A stretch of DNA of 63,076 bases from Gnetum montanum (taxonomy: Eukaryota; Plantae; Gnetophyta). The notes under the pieces were generated by a model. That model worked only from the letters and a program-made list of their open reading frames with translations. It was not told the origin of the DNA and did not search any database. Each line of letters starts with the position of its first letter. Position 1 is the first letter of the stretch. The DNA is taken from positions 176,460 to 239,535 of the forward strand of contig MNCI01000673.1 of assembly GCA_015680685.1 (NCBI GenBank). Direction: 5' to 3'. Shown here piece by piece: positions 12,101 to 24,082 of the stretch. The position numbers and the translations under genes are program-made.

Positions 12101-13591
12101 TTTGATGTTTCTCGCATCTGTTCTTCAAGTTTCTCAGCAAATGAATTGACGCTTGATTCAGCAAAAATGAAAGCAAACACACCTGATAATGAACCTATTC
12201 CAAGGCTGATGTCTAATAAAGATGTAACAATGCCAACTATGGAGAAAAGGGATAAAACGCTTATGCAGATTTTAGAGCAACCGGAGTCTTGCAGCTTTTC
12301 TCAAGGATGTGCTCCAACAAGATTAGATTGCTTGGTTGTAGAGAATTCCTCGTTGAGATATGCTCCTCCTCATGAAGGAACCAGCTCTGCCAATTACTTG
12401 GGCAGAGGAAATGGAGATCCAGGGTCCTTGTTTTATAATTTTCACAGCAACTCTGCTTTGCTTCAGCAAGTTGATGATGAAGCAAGGAAGATGATACAAA
12501 GTACTAACGCAATCCCGCCAGCACCAGTATTCAGATTAATGGGCCAAAGTTTGATTGTTCCTCCGGTTAGTAATAATATAGACCATGATGATAGTAATAG
12601 GAAAAGGCCCACTATGATGCCGTGCTCTGTTCAGTCAAATAACCAGTTCAATTTATTTTCATCTCTCAAAAATCAGGCTACGACAGCTTCAGGAAAGGAA
12701 ATGACTGCAACACAGCAGGGGATCCATAGTAAGACTGTCTCAAATGACTCTGCTCTGCTACAACCAAGGATCGGCCATCTGGAAAATTTGAACTTTTCGT
12801 CTGTGGGGCATGGAAGTACCGCAGCATTAACTGGTAAAGTTGACGTTACTTCAGCGTTGGCTTCATGGAAAGGAAAAGCACCATTAGATAGCGTACTATC
12901 TTCTACAGTTAATCAACAGAATCCTTCAACTGTCTCAAAGGATTATGGCGGTGGTAATATGCATCCCTTTTTAAACATATTTTCTAGTTCTAATAACAGG
13001 CAAGTCCAAAATGGTTCTCCTGCTAATTCATTGAGATTCTTAGGTTCTTCAGCTTTGACATTTCCTGATTCTTCAGCCTTGACATTATCTGATTCTCCAA
13101 ATTTAGTATTGTCTGCTTCTGCAAGTTACAGGAAGCCGGCAAACAGTTATTTTGATTTTCAATCATCCAGCATGCCTCGATTTGGTTCAAATCAAAATTC
13201 AGTCACAAAGTCATTGGAATTCCAGAACAAAGAAGTTGTTTTAGCATCTACAGATAAGACCTACAACGTTGAAATATGTACATTGAATCGTAATCCAGCT
13301 GAAATTATATATGATGGGAAGGATGAAGAATTTGATCAATACTTCTATTCATTTTCAATTGATGCTTCACAAAGGAAAAGAAAGAGAGGTACTGGTACTA
13401 CAGATGTTAAAAATGCTAAATCCAGGAAAAGAACTCAGGAATTTCTGGTTGAAGGAAATATGAATAACAACAGATATCTTCCTGCTATCAGCTCAAGTGC
13501 AAGTAATGTCGATTTAATATTTCAAAATCCAATCCATCCAGCTCCTGTGCCAGAAGGTTTTCCAAATAGCAACTGCCATTTTAAAGCATAA
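6134..13591 (+). CDS. EMF1: EMBRYONIC FLOWER1-like nuclear chromatin/Polycomb-associated repressor; join(6134-6174,6504-9570,11549-13591), about 1716 aa (1688 aa if 7343-7426 is spliced out)
   Basis: Splicing at canonical GT-AG sites keeps the frame and builds the N-terminal motif CHRFSIREYVKSVREVDPKRCWPF..LPAMEVSKFRWWGCNAC. Central MEIVELLAKKQQER (11705-11746) and C-terminal ICTLNRNPAE (13274-13303) match the conserved EMF1 blocks as I recall them. The rest is low-complexity, with K-rich NLS-like stretches. Confidence 0.8.
6504..9570 (+). CDS. EMF1: EMF1-like large coding exon
   Basis: Open frame of more than 1000 codons ending at the phase-0 donor AAG|GTTTGT at 9571. Confidence 0.85.
11549..13591 (+). 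CDS. EMF1: EMF1-like terminal coding exon
   Basis: Phase-0 acceptor tttgtttcag|AAA at 11548/11549, 680 sense codons to TAA, and AATAAA at about 13732. Confidence 0.85.
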   Translation, partial: KSSKINGPVIISERIPLSEGQLPKVRSESIEKVPDSLFSEDGPSRKTLENEEMEIVELLAKKQQERELSSKPSRKRRKPEKVQKLEKISNGNIADKTKKQRETQGNTKQYEQIDVLKEDSFSVYGEKPASSSGIGISLQGNLEGTEASISGKDQFDKLKSSSGYAVDSVASTINHEKILGKDPNFDVSRICSSSFSANELTLDSAKMKANTPDNEPIPRLMSNKDVTMPTMEKRDKTLMQILEQPESCSFSQGCAPTRLDCLVVENSSLRYAPPHEGTSSANYLGRGNGDPGSLFYNFHSNSALLQQVDDEARKMIQSTNAIPPAPVFRLMGQSLIVPPVSNNIDHDDSNRKRPTMMPCSVQSNNQFNLFSSLKNQATTASGKEMTATQQGIHSKTVSNDSALLQPRIGHLENLNFSSVGHGSTAALTGKVDVTSALASWKGKAPLDSVLSSTVNQQNPSTVSKDYGGGNMHPFLNIFSSSNNRQVQNGSPANSLRFLGSSALTFPDSSALTLSDSPNLVLSASASYRKPANSYFDFQSSSMPRFGSNQNSVTKSLEFQNKEVVLASTDKTYNVEICTLNRNPAEIIYDGKDEEFDQYFYSFSIDASQRKRKRGTGTTDVKNAKSRKRTQEFLVEGNMNNNRYLPAISSSASNVDLIFQNPIHPAPVPEGFPNSNCHFKA

Positions 13592-15749
13592 TGGTTTTAA
13601 GGATTCACTGCTATTACGATTTGGAAAGCGTTTATGGTTACCGTTAGTTCTATTCTGAATATCTATGAAAATATTCAAAAGCTTTGTAAACACTGGAAAC
13701 AGTTTTGCATATTTTACATTTTATGAAAGATAATAAATTAGAATTTCTTGGTGAATATGTTTACAAACATTGCAATGCAGCAGTGATTAAGCCGCGTCAT
13801 GGTTTTTGTGTTTGAGCATAAATATTTAATTCAGAAGGAAGTTTTGGTATATTATTATAAATGATGTCATGTTCTGGGTAAGGATACAGGTGAAAAATGA
13901 TATCTTGGAAAATTGAAAAGCTTTAGAATTTATATTTTATGCTGTGAATTTGAATTCTCTCTTTTTTTTTTAATTATTTTTGGAGTTTAGTGACTATTTA
14001 TTTCCATGGTAATTTAAGATAAACAAGTTTATACTACTAATTTGTTAGGGATTTTTGTAATTAATTCCTATACAATGTATGGGTTGAAGAAATAGAATTT
14101 AATTTTGCTTCATATCATCTAAATAGCTTAAACATATAGATAAACTTTATGCAAACATATAGATAAACTTTATGCAAATGATAATAGGATAATAGTTGAA
14201 ATTGTATTGAAGATACAAGACATAACAGAAAACAGTTTAATCTATTTTATATTCAATAGTTTTGATAAAAGGGATATGTACCTTGAATATAAAATAGTAC
14301 ATATATTTTTCATTATTTCAATATACCAAGTTGCAAATATCTTAGTTTTAACAAGGGTACAATCTTGAGGATGGTACGACATGGTAATAATAAGGTGTTA
14401 GCTATGGCATGAGGTAGACAACTAGCCTATCACTTAACTACATAGTCATCTCATGTTGATGGGATAAAGAAACCATGATAATACATAAGAATCAATGAGA
14501 AATATTAGGTTATAGATGAGTTGTATAAGAAAAATTCTTTGCTTTAATGCATTTAATTATTAAAGGTTTTATGATTTCTTTGTAACTTTATTACCCTTCC
14601 AAAAGATTATAATTGATCCCTAAAGAAATATTTTACTTAGAATAACTATGTGCATGATCTTGAATTTAAATTTATATTTGAAGTTTATTAGTAATCCAAT
14701 GGTAACTTATATGATTGAATTTGCAAGTTACCAGTGAACAAATCATGTTTAGTTCATATTAGTAGCATATTGGATATACGAAAACAATTTTAAATGGTTG
14801 CATAAAGCTTTTCTAGTCATAGGAAATGCATGTGATAATCTTGGATTACAAGGTTTAATAGTCTTAAGTTCTATAGCCAACCCCATTTTGTTAAAATAAG
14901 GCTAAGATGATAATGAATAATTTAAAGTTTTATTAGAATTTTATAAAATAAATGCTAGAGACAATCGGTCCTTTTTGTACATATGAGCCCATCCATTGTT
15001 AAAGAACTCATCCATTGTTAAAGAAATTAATAGTTATGAGAGGGGCCATATGAACCATATAAATTGTGGATCTTTGGGAAGAAAGTGATACATTCTTCTC
15101 ATCCTTGCCAAATTGAGAATATGGATAAGGAGATAGATGTTAGCGATTAGATCCCTACTAATTTATCCACTTTGAAATATAAGGAAGGTAAACTATGGAA
15201 ACAAAAAAAATTCACATTTTGGTTATAAGATATTAAGCTAACGGAGTCAAGATTGAAGAAAAGATATTAGGTTAGATAAGATGGTAATGTTTCAAGCATT
15301 CCGTTAAGATATTTTTATTTACCTTATTGATTGATTTTGTTTATTGTAAAATTGATTCATCAATAAAGAAAATAGTATAAAACAAAAATGTTCTCTTGAA
15401 TCATTATTTCATTTAGAAAAATTGCAAGTAAATATGTACTTAATAGAAAGCTTTGATATGATAGTGGAAATAGTTCTAAAACTATTGTAGTTTTTGGATT
15501 TAAGTATATTTCTATGCAAGAAATAATTTCTGTTTAAATCTAATAATATACTTATTCAAAGTAAAATGAAGTATAAGAATCCCAAAATCATCGTATTAAA
15601 AAATGTTAGTAAATGGATTTAAAATAAAGAATTTTTTATTATACTATCTAAAGAAAAGTGCATTTAGAAATTTCTCAAAATCTTAAATATAGTCCAAGGA
15701 ACATGAATGTTCATTCATGCCATAAACTACAATGTAAGTAACTTAGATT

Positions 15750-16370
15750 CATAATTAATGAGTATGTTTTAAAGACTAAAGAAATTAATTTTATTCTATA
15801 ATTTATTGTATTTTTATAATTTTACCAAGCATACTTCTTAAAGAGCTTATAAATAATTATACACAAGTTAAATTACTATTACATAAAGTTTGAGTGTATT
15901 GATGAGGAGAAGCCCATTGATCAAGATTTGTAATACAAGTTACAAAGTTCATCCCAACAGGTGTTCTTTGTTTGACAACTATTAATCAATTAGTGTAGGT
16001 TCCACGTTTGATAACTATTAATCAATTAGTGTAGGTTCCACAAATGATAGGTTAATGTTTTAAACCTATCTTATTCTAATTAAATGGAAAATTAAATAGG
16101 ATATAGAACAAACTTTTAAATAAGCTATTTTAGCTTGTGCTCATGGTAGGTCTCATTACCCCCTCACCTAGACACTAGATTAATCTTCCAAAAGAATGAA
16201 GAACATGTATTCCAAAAGATTTTGTACAATTTTTTGAGCTAGGGCACTTCCTTGTTAGGTTTTTAAGGCTGATGAAGAACATATCAAAACCTTATTAAAG
16301 ATTTTTTGTTTGTGCTATATTTCTTTTTGTAGTCTCCTGAGTTCTTAATAAAGCATTTGCATTTCCAATA
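15750..16370 (+). mobile_element. Possible decayed 3' end of a non-LTR retroelement containing a hammerhead-like core
   Basis: CpG-depleted repeat-like DNA with a 36-bp tandem duplication (about 15969-16040), a CTGATGA..(c)aaaac motif at 16269-16290 and AATAAA at about 16347. Boundaries are uncertain. Confidence 0.25.
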
Positions 16371-16699
16371 TATTGCATGTTTATAAAAAGAAAATTTTTA
16401 TTTAAAAAGAATTTTAATATTATAATTTTGTATATAAAAGTTATTAATAGTAATGTAAAATTATATTTAGTAGTTACTGAGTATATTGAAACTAGATATA
16501 TTTGATTACAGTGAAAGGAAGGTGGTTTTATTACGAAAGTAAGAATATGCCATTAAAATCATTATTGCTAAAGAAAATACACTACCACATAATTTAAGTT
16601 AATTTACAATTATTCTTAATTATGTACTAAGTCTAGGGGTAGAGGTTAACTTTAAAGTAATTACTTTTTGTTCTGATGTCATTAGAAAAAACAAAACAT

Positions 16700-17760
16700 T
16701 TGAAAATGAAAATATGTTCACCAGTAAAACATCGTCCTCAGTTTAACACAGACAGAAAGTACAAGTTGTCTCTATTCAGCCTTAAACTTCCATTCATACA
16801 CTTGTTCCTCTAACTTAACGCTGCCGGAGCTTGAAAACGTGGTCAAAAAGCTGTGTTCAATTGAAAATCATAAATGTTTCTAATACCTTGAAGAGATAAA
16901 CCGAAACTAAGCTAGCAGCAATTCTCCGATGCCTTATTCTGATGAAATTATTTTATGCCTTAGTTATTTTGAACTGTTTACCATGTTTCCTAGTCTTCTT
17001 TCCAACCAATCAAATTTCAGCGTTCATAAAATTCAATATCTCAGTGTTGACCATACGCTGTCGTTATACTGCCCATTCCTGACAAGCCAAATTAACACCG
17101 AGGCAAAGTTAAAAAATGACATGATTTTCCATTTAGCAACTTAATCTTGTTTGTTCTTCGTAAGACCACTGTGTTAGGTTGCTTTTAGGCAGAATTATTT
17201 TACTGTTACCACTAACTTACACGCAGATATTGCATGAAAGTTAAAAATATCAGAGTTGATTTGAAAAAAAAATTTATGCCGCTAAAGCATGTCTCCATGA
17301 TTTGCAAAAATTTATGCTGCACCTTAATAAATTATTTATCATTGCAGAGGTGATGCAAATGCAGAATCTATTCGAAACTGAGAATGGTATGCATGTATAT
17401 TGCTGAGCTTGGCTTCCTTGTACCTGCAGCATGCGTCTGATCTGCTGCCTAACATACAAGTGTTAAAGTTGAATGGGTAGGTTGTTAAAATGAATCATTG
17501 ATATACATACATACATACACAACAACATTTCATCTCCATTCTGCACTAGTATATTGTTGGTATATATCCTTTTAAGTTTGGAATCACAATCACCAACTAC
17601 AACCTCTACGTCTACAGTGAGTTAGTGGTTGGTTGGAATGAATTGTGTGTATGTTACCTTTCTTCACTTAATTAATTTTGAGTTGGATATATATACATAT
17701 AGCTGGGGCTCGCCATCTCTGAATGCGCTACTTTATATATACATGACAACTTTTCCTTTC
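16700..17760 (-). ncRNA. Putative spliced non-coding or small-peptide transcript convergent on the EMF1-like gene
   Basis: CpG-retaining low-copy-looking island. Minus-strand TATATAAA at about 17732-17740, donor CTGCAG|GTACAA at about 17423, acceptor ttggcttgtcag| at about 17078, donor ATG|GTAAAC at about 16981. No convincing ORF. Confidence 0.25.
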
Positions 17761-18539
17761 CCTTTTGTCTTTGCAGCAGGAGGAGGAAGGTGGGTGGATT
17801 TTGCATTATTATTGGAAGGTGAAGGTAAAGGTGTGTGGGTGGCCTCTCTTCATTACGGATATTTGGTGTGGATTACATAATAATCAGAAATATATATTTT
17901 AATTCTTAAATATTAATAGTTTGATTAATATACCTTGACTGTTATTTGTGGGAATGTTATAAAGTTGTATTCATAGAAATACACAATTTGTGTCACTCCG
18001 GTTGGTTTTTTGGCGGTCACGATAAGCGTAATAGCTGTGAAGTTGTTTGCATTCTCCTATGCTACAAAAGTTTATCATGTTAAAGTTTTTGCTTTGGCTC
18101 TACCTTTTCATTTGGTACTGTAACCGTGAAAATAGATGTACAGATTATTAGCGTATCATATTTTAATAAATCTTTACTGATCATATCTTACAAACAGTGG
18201 GAAATCTTTCTAAATAGAACATACCAATAATTTAAGAAAATGTGGGGTTGATAAAATTTGGAGTATAGGGTATGATTTTTCATCCTGGATTCTGTTAAAA
18301 ATATTAGCTGACTCATTTTGTTGAAAAGGGCTAGGACAATGATGATGCTGATAATTGGGTTAAAAAAATGAAAAGACTAAATATGGATTTTAGTTTTGCA
18401 AATATTAAATATAATTTATACAAATTTATTAAGAAAGTCTTGCTTTATGAATGACCTATGTACGTCTAAACTCAACATAAACATGGTACAAGGGAATTAA
18501 GAATATTTAATAATAATTTTTATGCAAAAAACTACGGAT

Positions 18540-20350
18540 CAAAATCTACTACAAAACAACAAAAGCCAAGATGTGGAAGGATTTTTAATAAAAATTTTAA
18601 AGAAATTTTAGTTTATTATGAGAAATAATATTTACAATTTGCTCTTTGAATTTTGGCATATGGATAACATTTTGGGGGAATACAATGTTACATGGATTAC
18701 CTTATTACCAAAAAAAGAGCAAGCCTTAGATATTCATGACTATAGGCCAATTAGTTTGTACACAACTATCTATAAAATTATTTCAAAATTTATGGCTAAT
18801 GGTATTGCTAAGGTCTTACATTCCATTATCTCCTCCGAATAAGGTGGATTTGTTAAAGGTAAGAATATTTTAGATTAGGTGTTATTAACCCAAAAACTTT
18901 TGCTTTTAGCTTCTTTACAAAAAGACCAAGGTATTGCATACAAGTTGGATATAAGCAAAGCTTATGATCATATTGATTGGAATTATATAGACCAAGTCCT
19001 CATAGATTCATTTCCTGATCATTTGTATTACAAATTGGCTCAATACTATAAAAGAAATTATTTCTCTCTTCTCTTAAATGGTGAAAGGGTTGGATATTTT
19101 CCAGCAAAAAATGACCTACATCAAGGAGATCCATTAATGTAGTTTCTTTTTCTGATGGCCATGAAAGGCCTTGGAGTAGTAATTACAAATTACAAAAACA
19201 AAGGGCTGCTTAGAGATACTTCTCTAGCTTATAGATGACCTGAATTTTCTCATTCCTAATTTGTTGATGATAACCATATCTAAATGGAATGGTGAAATGC
19301 TTAACTTGAGTTTTCTTTGGCTTTTGGGTTGAGTATTAATTTTTCTAAAAGTTAATTATACAATTTTGGGACTCCATAAAATGTTTTCTTCATAGAATTG
19401 TGTACTAACTTGCAATGCTAAAAAGGTTTATTTTACCCTAAAGATCTTGGCCAAAATTGCAGTAGTGGGATGAGATCTTGGTCAAATGCACATCATGTCT
19501 TTTAAGCTAGAAAGCCAAAGTTCTTTCCTAGGCTAGGAGACTCCAACTTGTTTGGGCTGTATTACAAGCACTACCTTCCTATGTGATGAACTACTACTAG
19601 GTGCCACAGATAGTAACAGAAAATAGAAAATTGGGAATGAACATTTTTATGGTCCACTAATATAGATAACAAGTATTCTTATGATCCACTAATATGGATC
19701 ATTCCTTGTATAAGCTTAGTCAGAATTCTATTTATTGTCTAATTAATAAAGGATCTTGGAGGCTTCATTTTTTGTGACATATTAACTATTCCTTGTTAGC
19801 TAAGATTGCCTGGTAATTATATACTATAGGTAAACTAGGTTATTGTGATGAGAGCTAAATACCGCTATGGTGGCCATGTATTCCATACAATTCCACTTAT
19901 GACATCAGCCTCTACCACTATGCGAAATTTAGAAAAAACTCAAAGAATGATTTATAAGAAATATCTTTAACCAATAAGAATTTATCTATTAGGTCAATGA
20001 ATGATGCTTCTAGTTAGCTGCAATATATTCGCTTTACAACACATGAAATTCAACCTCATTATTACTACTAGTGGAGGAGATCTACAATAGCATAACTCTT
20101 GATAATAAATGTGATCGTTGTCATATAGAGACAGAATCTTTGGATCATGCATTGTTTCATTGTCCACGTGCTCAAAAATTTTGGCATCATTTTTATTTCT
20201 TGAGTGTACTTTCAATTTTTACTATTGCCACACCAAATTCTATTCTTATTAATTGGCTCTCTACTCTAGAAAGATGGAAATCTATTCTTATTAATTGGCC
20301 CTTTTCTCTAGAAAGATGGAAACATCACAAGATCAAAGCATTACCCCCTA
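18540..20350 (+). mobile_element. Degenerate L1-type LINE ORF2 fragment (RT and zf-RVT)
   Basis: ITLLPKKEQALDIHDYRPISL, KLDISKAYDHIDW, QGDPL, FVDD and CDRCHIETESLDHALFHCPRAQKFW, with many stops and frameshifts. Confidence 0.9.
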
Positions 20351-21866
20351 GTGACCTTTACTCATGTTGGCTTTTTCATGATTCATACCTTTTTGTTAAC
20401 CATACTCTAAGTCCTACCACAGTAGCATTTCAACTTAGAGCTACTAGTATTTATCTACTATTCATTTTGGACATTCTAATTCTAGTGGAGGTAGCCCAAA
20501 TTAATTTTGCTAGCCATGATGTGCTCTTAAACTAGCTACCTTACTTCTATTTTATCTGAATGATAAGAGGCATGCTATTTCCAATCTCCCATGATTTGTA
20601 TTTTCTATTAGTAGTTTCTGCCCAAAGATTTATAGATCAGGTTTGCTTTTCTTCTAAAAAATATTTGAATACTTTATTATTATAATGTTTTTAGAAAACA
20701 ATTTAATACATTTAAGGACTAAAGTAGTTCAGTAATTTATAAAACTAAACTTATTAAATAGTATGGAACATCACAAAGTATTGTATCAGTTAAAATATAT
20801 AGTACCAAAATTGAAACCTTAAAATGTATGATTGAGCAAATGTAAATGTTAAGTCCTATTCTTAGTTTTTTTATTATGATGATCTTAATTCCATTTCTAA
20901 ATTTTATTCTTAGGGGTTTTTCCTTGATTGTGACTAAGATTGTCATGACTTTTTAGATTTCTTTTCTAAAATTTAATGCTTATTACCTTTTAAGATGATC
21001 TTTTTGCAAGTTCATAATAGATATCTAAATCTTAAATCATAATCATGCTCATGACAAAGTTAAACCTTATAATATAGATCTCAACCTAATCCTAAATCAT
21101 AATCATGGTCATGAGAAGTTAAAAATCCTAAATCATAGTCATGGTCATGAGAAGTTAAAAATGTTTGTCTGTTTCACAACAATTTCGAAAGTTTTTAATG
21201 TTTAATTAGCTTGAAAATGAAGAATCAAATTTTAATACCCTTTATTGTAGTAACTTGAACTTCCTACCTTCCCTTTGTTTCTTTGTATAAGCTGTAGCAT
21301 TTTATTCTTTTACTATGATGTTTATGGATCTAAAGTTCTAGAATTTCTTTTATCTTTATATATGTAGTTTTAGTATAGCTTGATGAACATTTTTGCTATC
21401 AATAGAATTCAATTTGTGACATGAATAATTGTAGCATTTGATTTATGGCTCTAAATTTCTATGTGGTTTTAAACAAGCTTAGCATTATCATTCGTTTTGA
21501 TGTTTGTCTCTTATTTTACTAGGAATAGAACATAGGATTTATTGCATATTTTCATTATTATAAATTATTTATTTATTGATGTTTACCTTGGCATCTCTTG
21601 ATAAGAATAGGCTAGATGAATATAGGCCCCATGGGAATTATGATAATATTTTTCCTAATTAGTATTATATGATATTTAAGGCTTATAACATTTTGTATGT
21701 ATGATTGTATTTTGATCTATGAGGAATTGTTCACTTAGAGCAAGTAGCTTGTGGTTTGTAAGGCATAAGTTCAATTCGAAGGAATATGTTGAGGTAGGTG
21801 TCACTTAAAAGGCATAGTAAAAATAAACATTGAGAAACTATAGCATTAAGTCATAGTCAAGTCTTT

Positions 21867-22015
21867 CGACAATTAAGTATTGGCCTAGTGGTATGGGTCT
21901 TGGCCTTGTAACCCTAAGTTATAGGTTTGATTCTACTAGATAGCAATGAGTTATAAACTTCTATAAATCTTGGGGTGTACCTATGTTTCATTTATTTTGG
22001 GTTATAACACCCTTC
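21867..22015 (+). mobile_element. tRNA-derived SINE with a 15-bp target-site duplication
   Basis: A-box TGGCCTAGTGG and B-box-like GGTTTGATTC, flanked by catagtcaagt(c/a)ttt at 21852-21866 and 22016-22030. Confidence 0.7.
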
Positions 22016-22369
22016 CATAGTCAAGTATTTTACCTACCTTAATGGCTAACCCATCATAGATAGAAAGGCACCAAGATAATGATGATGTATTTTTTTTCAT
22101 GCAAAACAATATGATAGAAATAATAAATCAAGATACACACATTTTTTTAAAACGTTTTGGATTTAAATTTTTTCAAAGTAATAAAATTCCATTTGCATAG
22201 ATGGTTTGCCAAATATTTGTTTCATCTCCAGAAAAATACCATAACCACTCACATGATCCTATGTATTTTACAACTTGCATATAATGAAGTAGTAGAGGAA
22301 AGTAACAAAGTATTGAAATATGGTGGAGAGTTAGTCTAAAGAGAGACTTGGAAAATTCTTAATGAAGCA

Positions 22370-24082
22370 CTTCAAAATGATTTGATAAGACAATGAATGA
22401 TTAGTAGAGTTTTCATGCTTTTTTAAAATGGAAAGAAATCAAATTTAAATAATTGAGGTTGATCATAATCAATAACTTGTTTGCAAATTTGTTAGATATT
22501 ATTTTGTAGAAAAAATTTGAATATTTGATAGAAGAAAATAATTTACATGTTCTTTCGCAAGAAGGATTCACAAAAAAAAGGGACATTTTACACTAGATCA
22601 TCTAGTTACTCTTAGATATTGTATTGAACAAGTGAAGAATAAACAAGGTAAAACATTTATGTACTTTGTAAATTTTACTAAAGTAGTTGACTCTGTTGTG
22701 AGAGAACAATTATGGAGTAAACTAATTAAACTTAAAGTTGATGCTATTTTACTCAATGCCATCTAGAATCTATACAAAGAAATATTTTTAAATTAAAACA
22801 TGAAGAAACTAGACAATCTTGCTAGTTTGATAATAATATAGGAGTAAAGCAACACTATCTTCTTTCACCAACTTTGTTTGGAATTTTCATTGATGAACTA
22901 AAAGAGTCGATTAAAGTTGTACTTACGAAGCATGCTATTAAAGTTGATTAGCCATGGATACAACTTTTAATCTTTGAAAATGATGTAGCACTAACACCAA
23001 ATTCATAAATAGATTTAAAAGTAATGTTGCAACAACTACAAAAATTTTATGAATGTACAAAAATGAATGTGAATGTTATAAAAAAGTACTACTTTTTGGA
23101 ACTAATAAGAAAGATTACACTGTCCATCTAAATAATTAAAGACTTGAGATTAAAGATACTTAAAAAGATTTGGAAGTAAAATTCTCTCAAAATTATAAGT
23201 GCAAGCATTGTATATCACAAGGAGTTGCAAATGGATGGAAAATGTGCTATACAATTAAAGAAAATGTAGTAATCATAATATTTAGACTTGGAAATGAAAA
23301 AATATTTTTTTCAAATAATTGTTTGAACTATATTACTTTATGAATGTGCGGTGTAAGGGCCATGTCTTGATCTTCAAATGCATTTCTTGTTGGATGAATT
23401 AAAGGTGAAAACTCAAGTCTTGTATGCAATACTTTTATTAGAAGTTGATTTGTTGCCATTAGAAGCTAAAGCAATGTATCAATTCTTAACATTTTACTTG
23501 AGAAATAAAAACTAGCACTAAGATCTCATAAGAGATCATTCCAAATTCTCAACAATAGGGGTGATTTCATGGAGGATGATTATGGCTACAAAAATGAGGC
23601 ATAGATACAAAAAAAGCTTTAAATTTACTGGTAAAATATCAAAGGTAGTAAATTTAATAAAATGAAATATCTATATGCAACAATTCTAATATCTATGAAA
23701 GCACTAATCAACAGAGAAAGAATGGAATCACACCATCCTTGAGTTAAAACTAGAAGATGGAACAATGAGCAACATGAAGAGAGAATATGTTAACTATGTT
23801 TTCTAAAAGTGGCAGAAGATGAACAGCATGTATTATTAGAATGTTGTGGAACAAATTTCTTTATAAGAAAATAAATCTCTAGTTAGTCGTTGTATGAACT
23901 ATTCAAGCTACTAGCATTAGTTATAAGGAATTATAAAGAAGATATGTTCAAGTTACATGAATATTGAATATATCTATTATACTAAAAATGTGTTACTATT
24001 GATGTAGTTTACACAAGCTCATTTTTTTGAAAAATTCTTTGGGTCTACACAAATGTAATAAACTATCAGTATCATTATCATT
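22370..24082 (+). mobile_element. Degenerate RTE-like LINE, 5'-truncated
   Basis: RT motifs FVNFTKVVDSVVREQLWSKL, GVKQHYLLSPTLFGIFIDEL and LLIFENDVAL. Ends in aataaac followed by a (TATCAN)n short tandem tail at 24057-24082. Confidence 0.75.

Noticed and set aside
14131-15026. Short tandem duplications (about 23 bp at 14131 and 19 bp at 14990; also near 21085, 20240 and 31297)
   Set aside because: Ordinary slippage or repair duplications in decayed repeats. There is no spacer structure, so they are not CRISPR-like.
21880-21935. tRNA gene
   Set aside because: Only A/B boxes are present, with no complete cloverleaf, and the TSD indicates a SINE.
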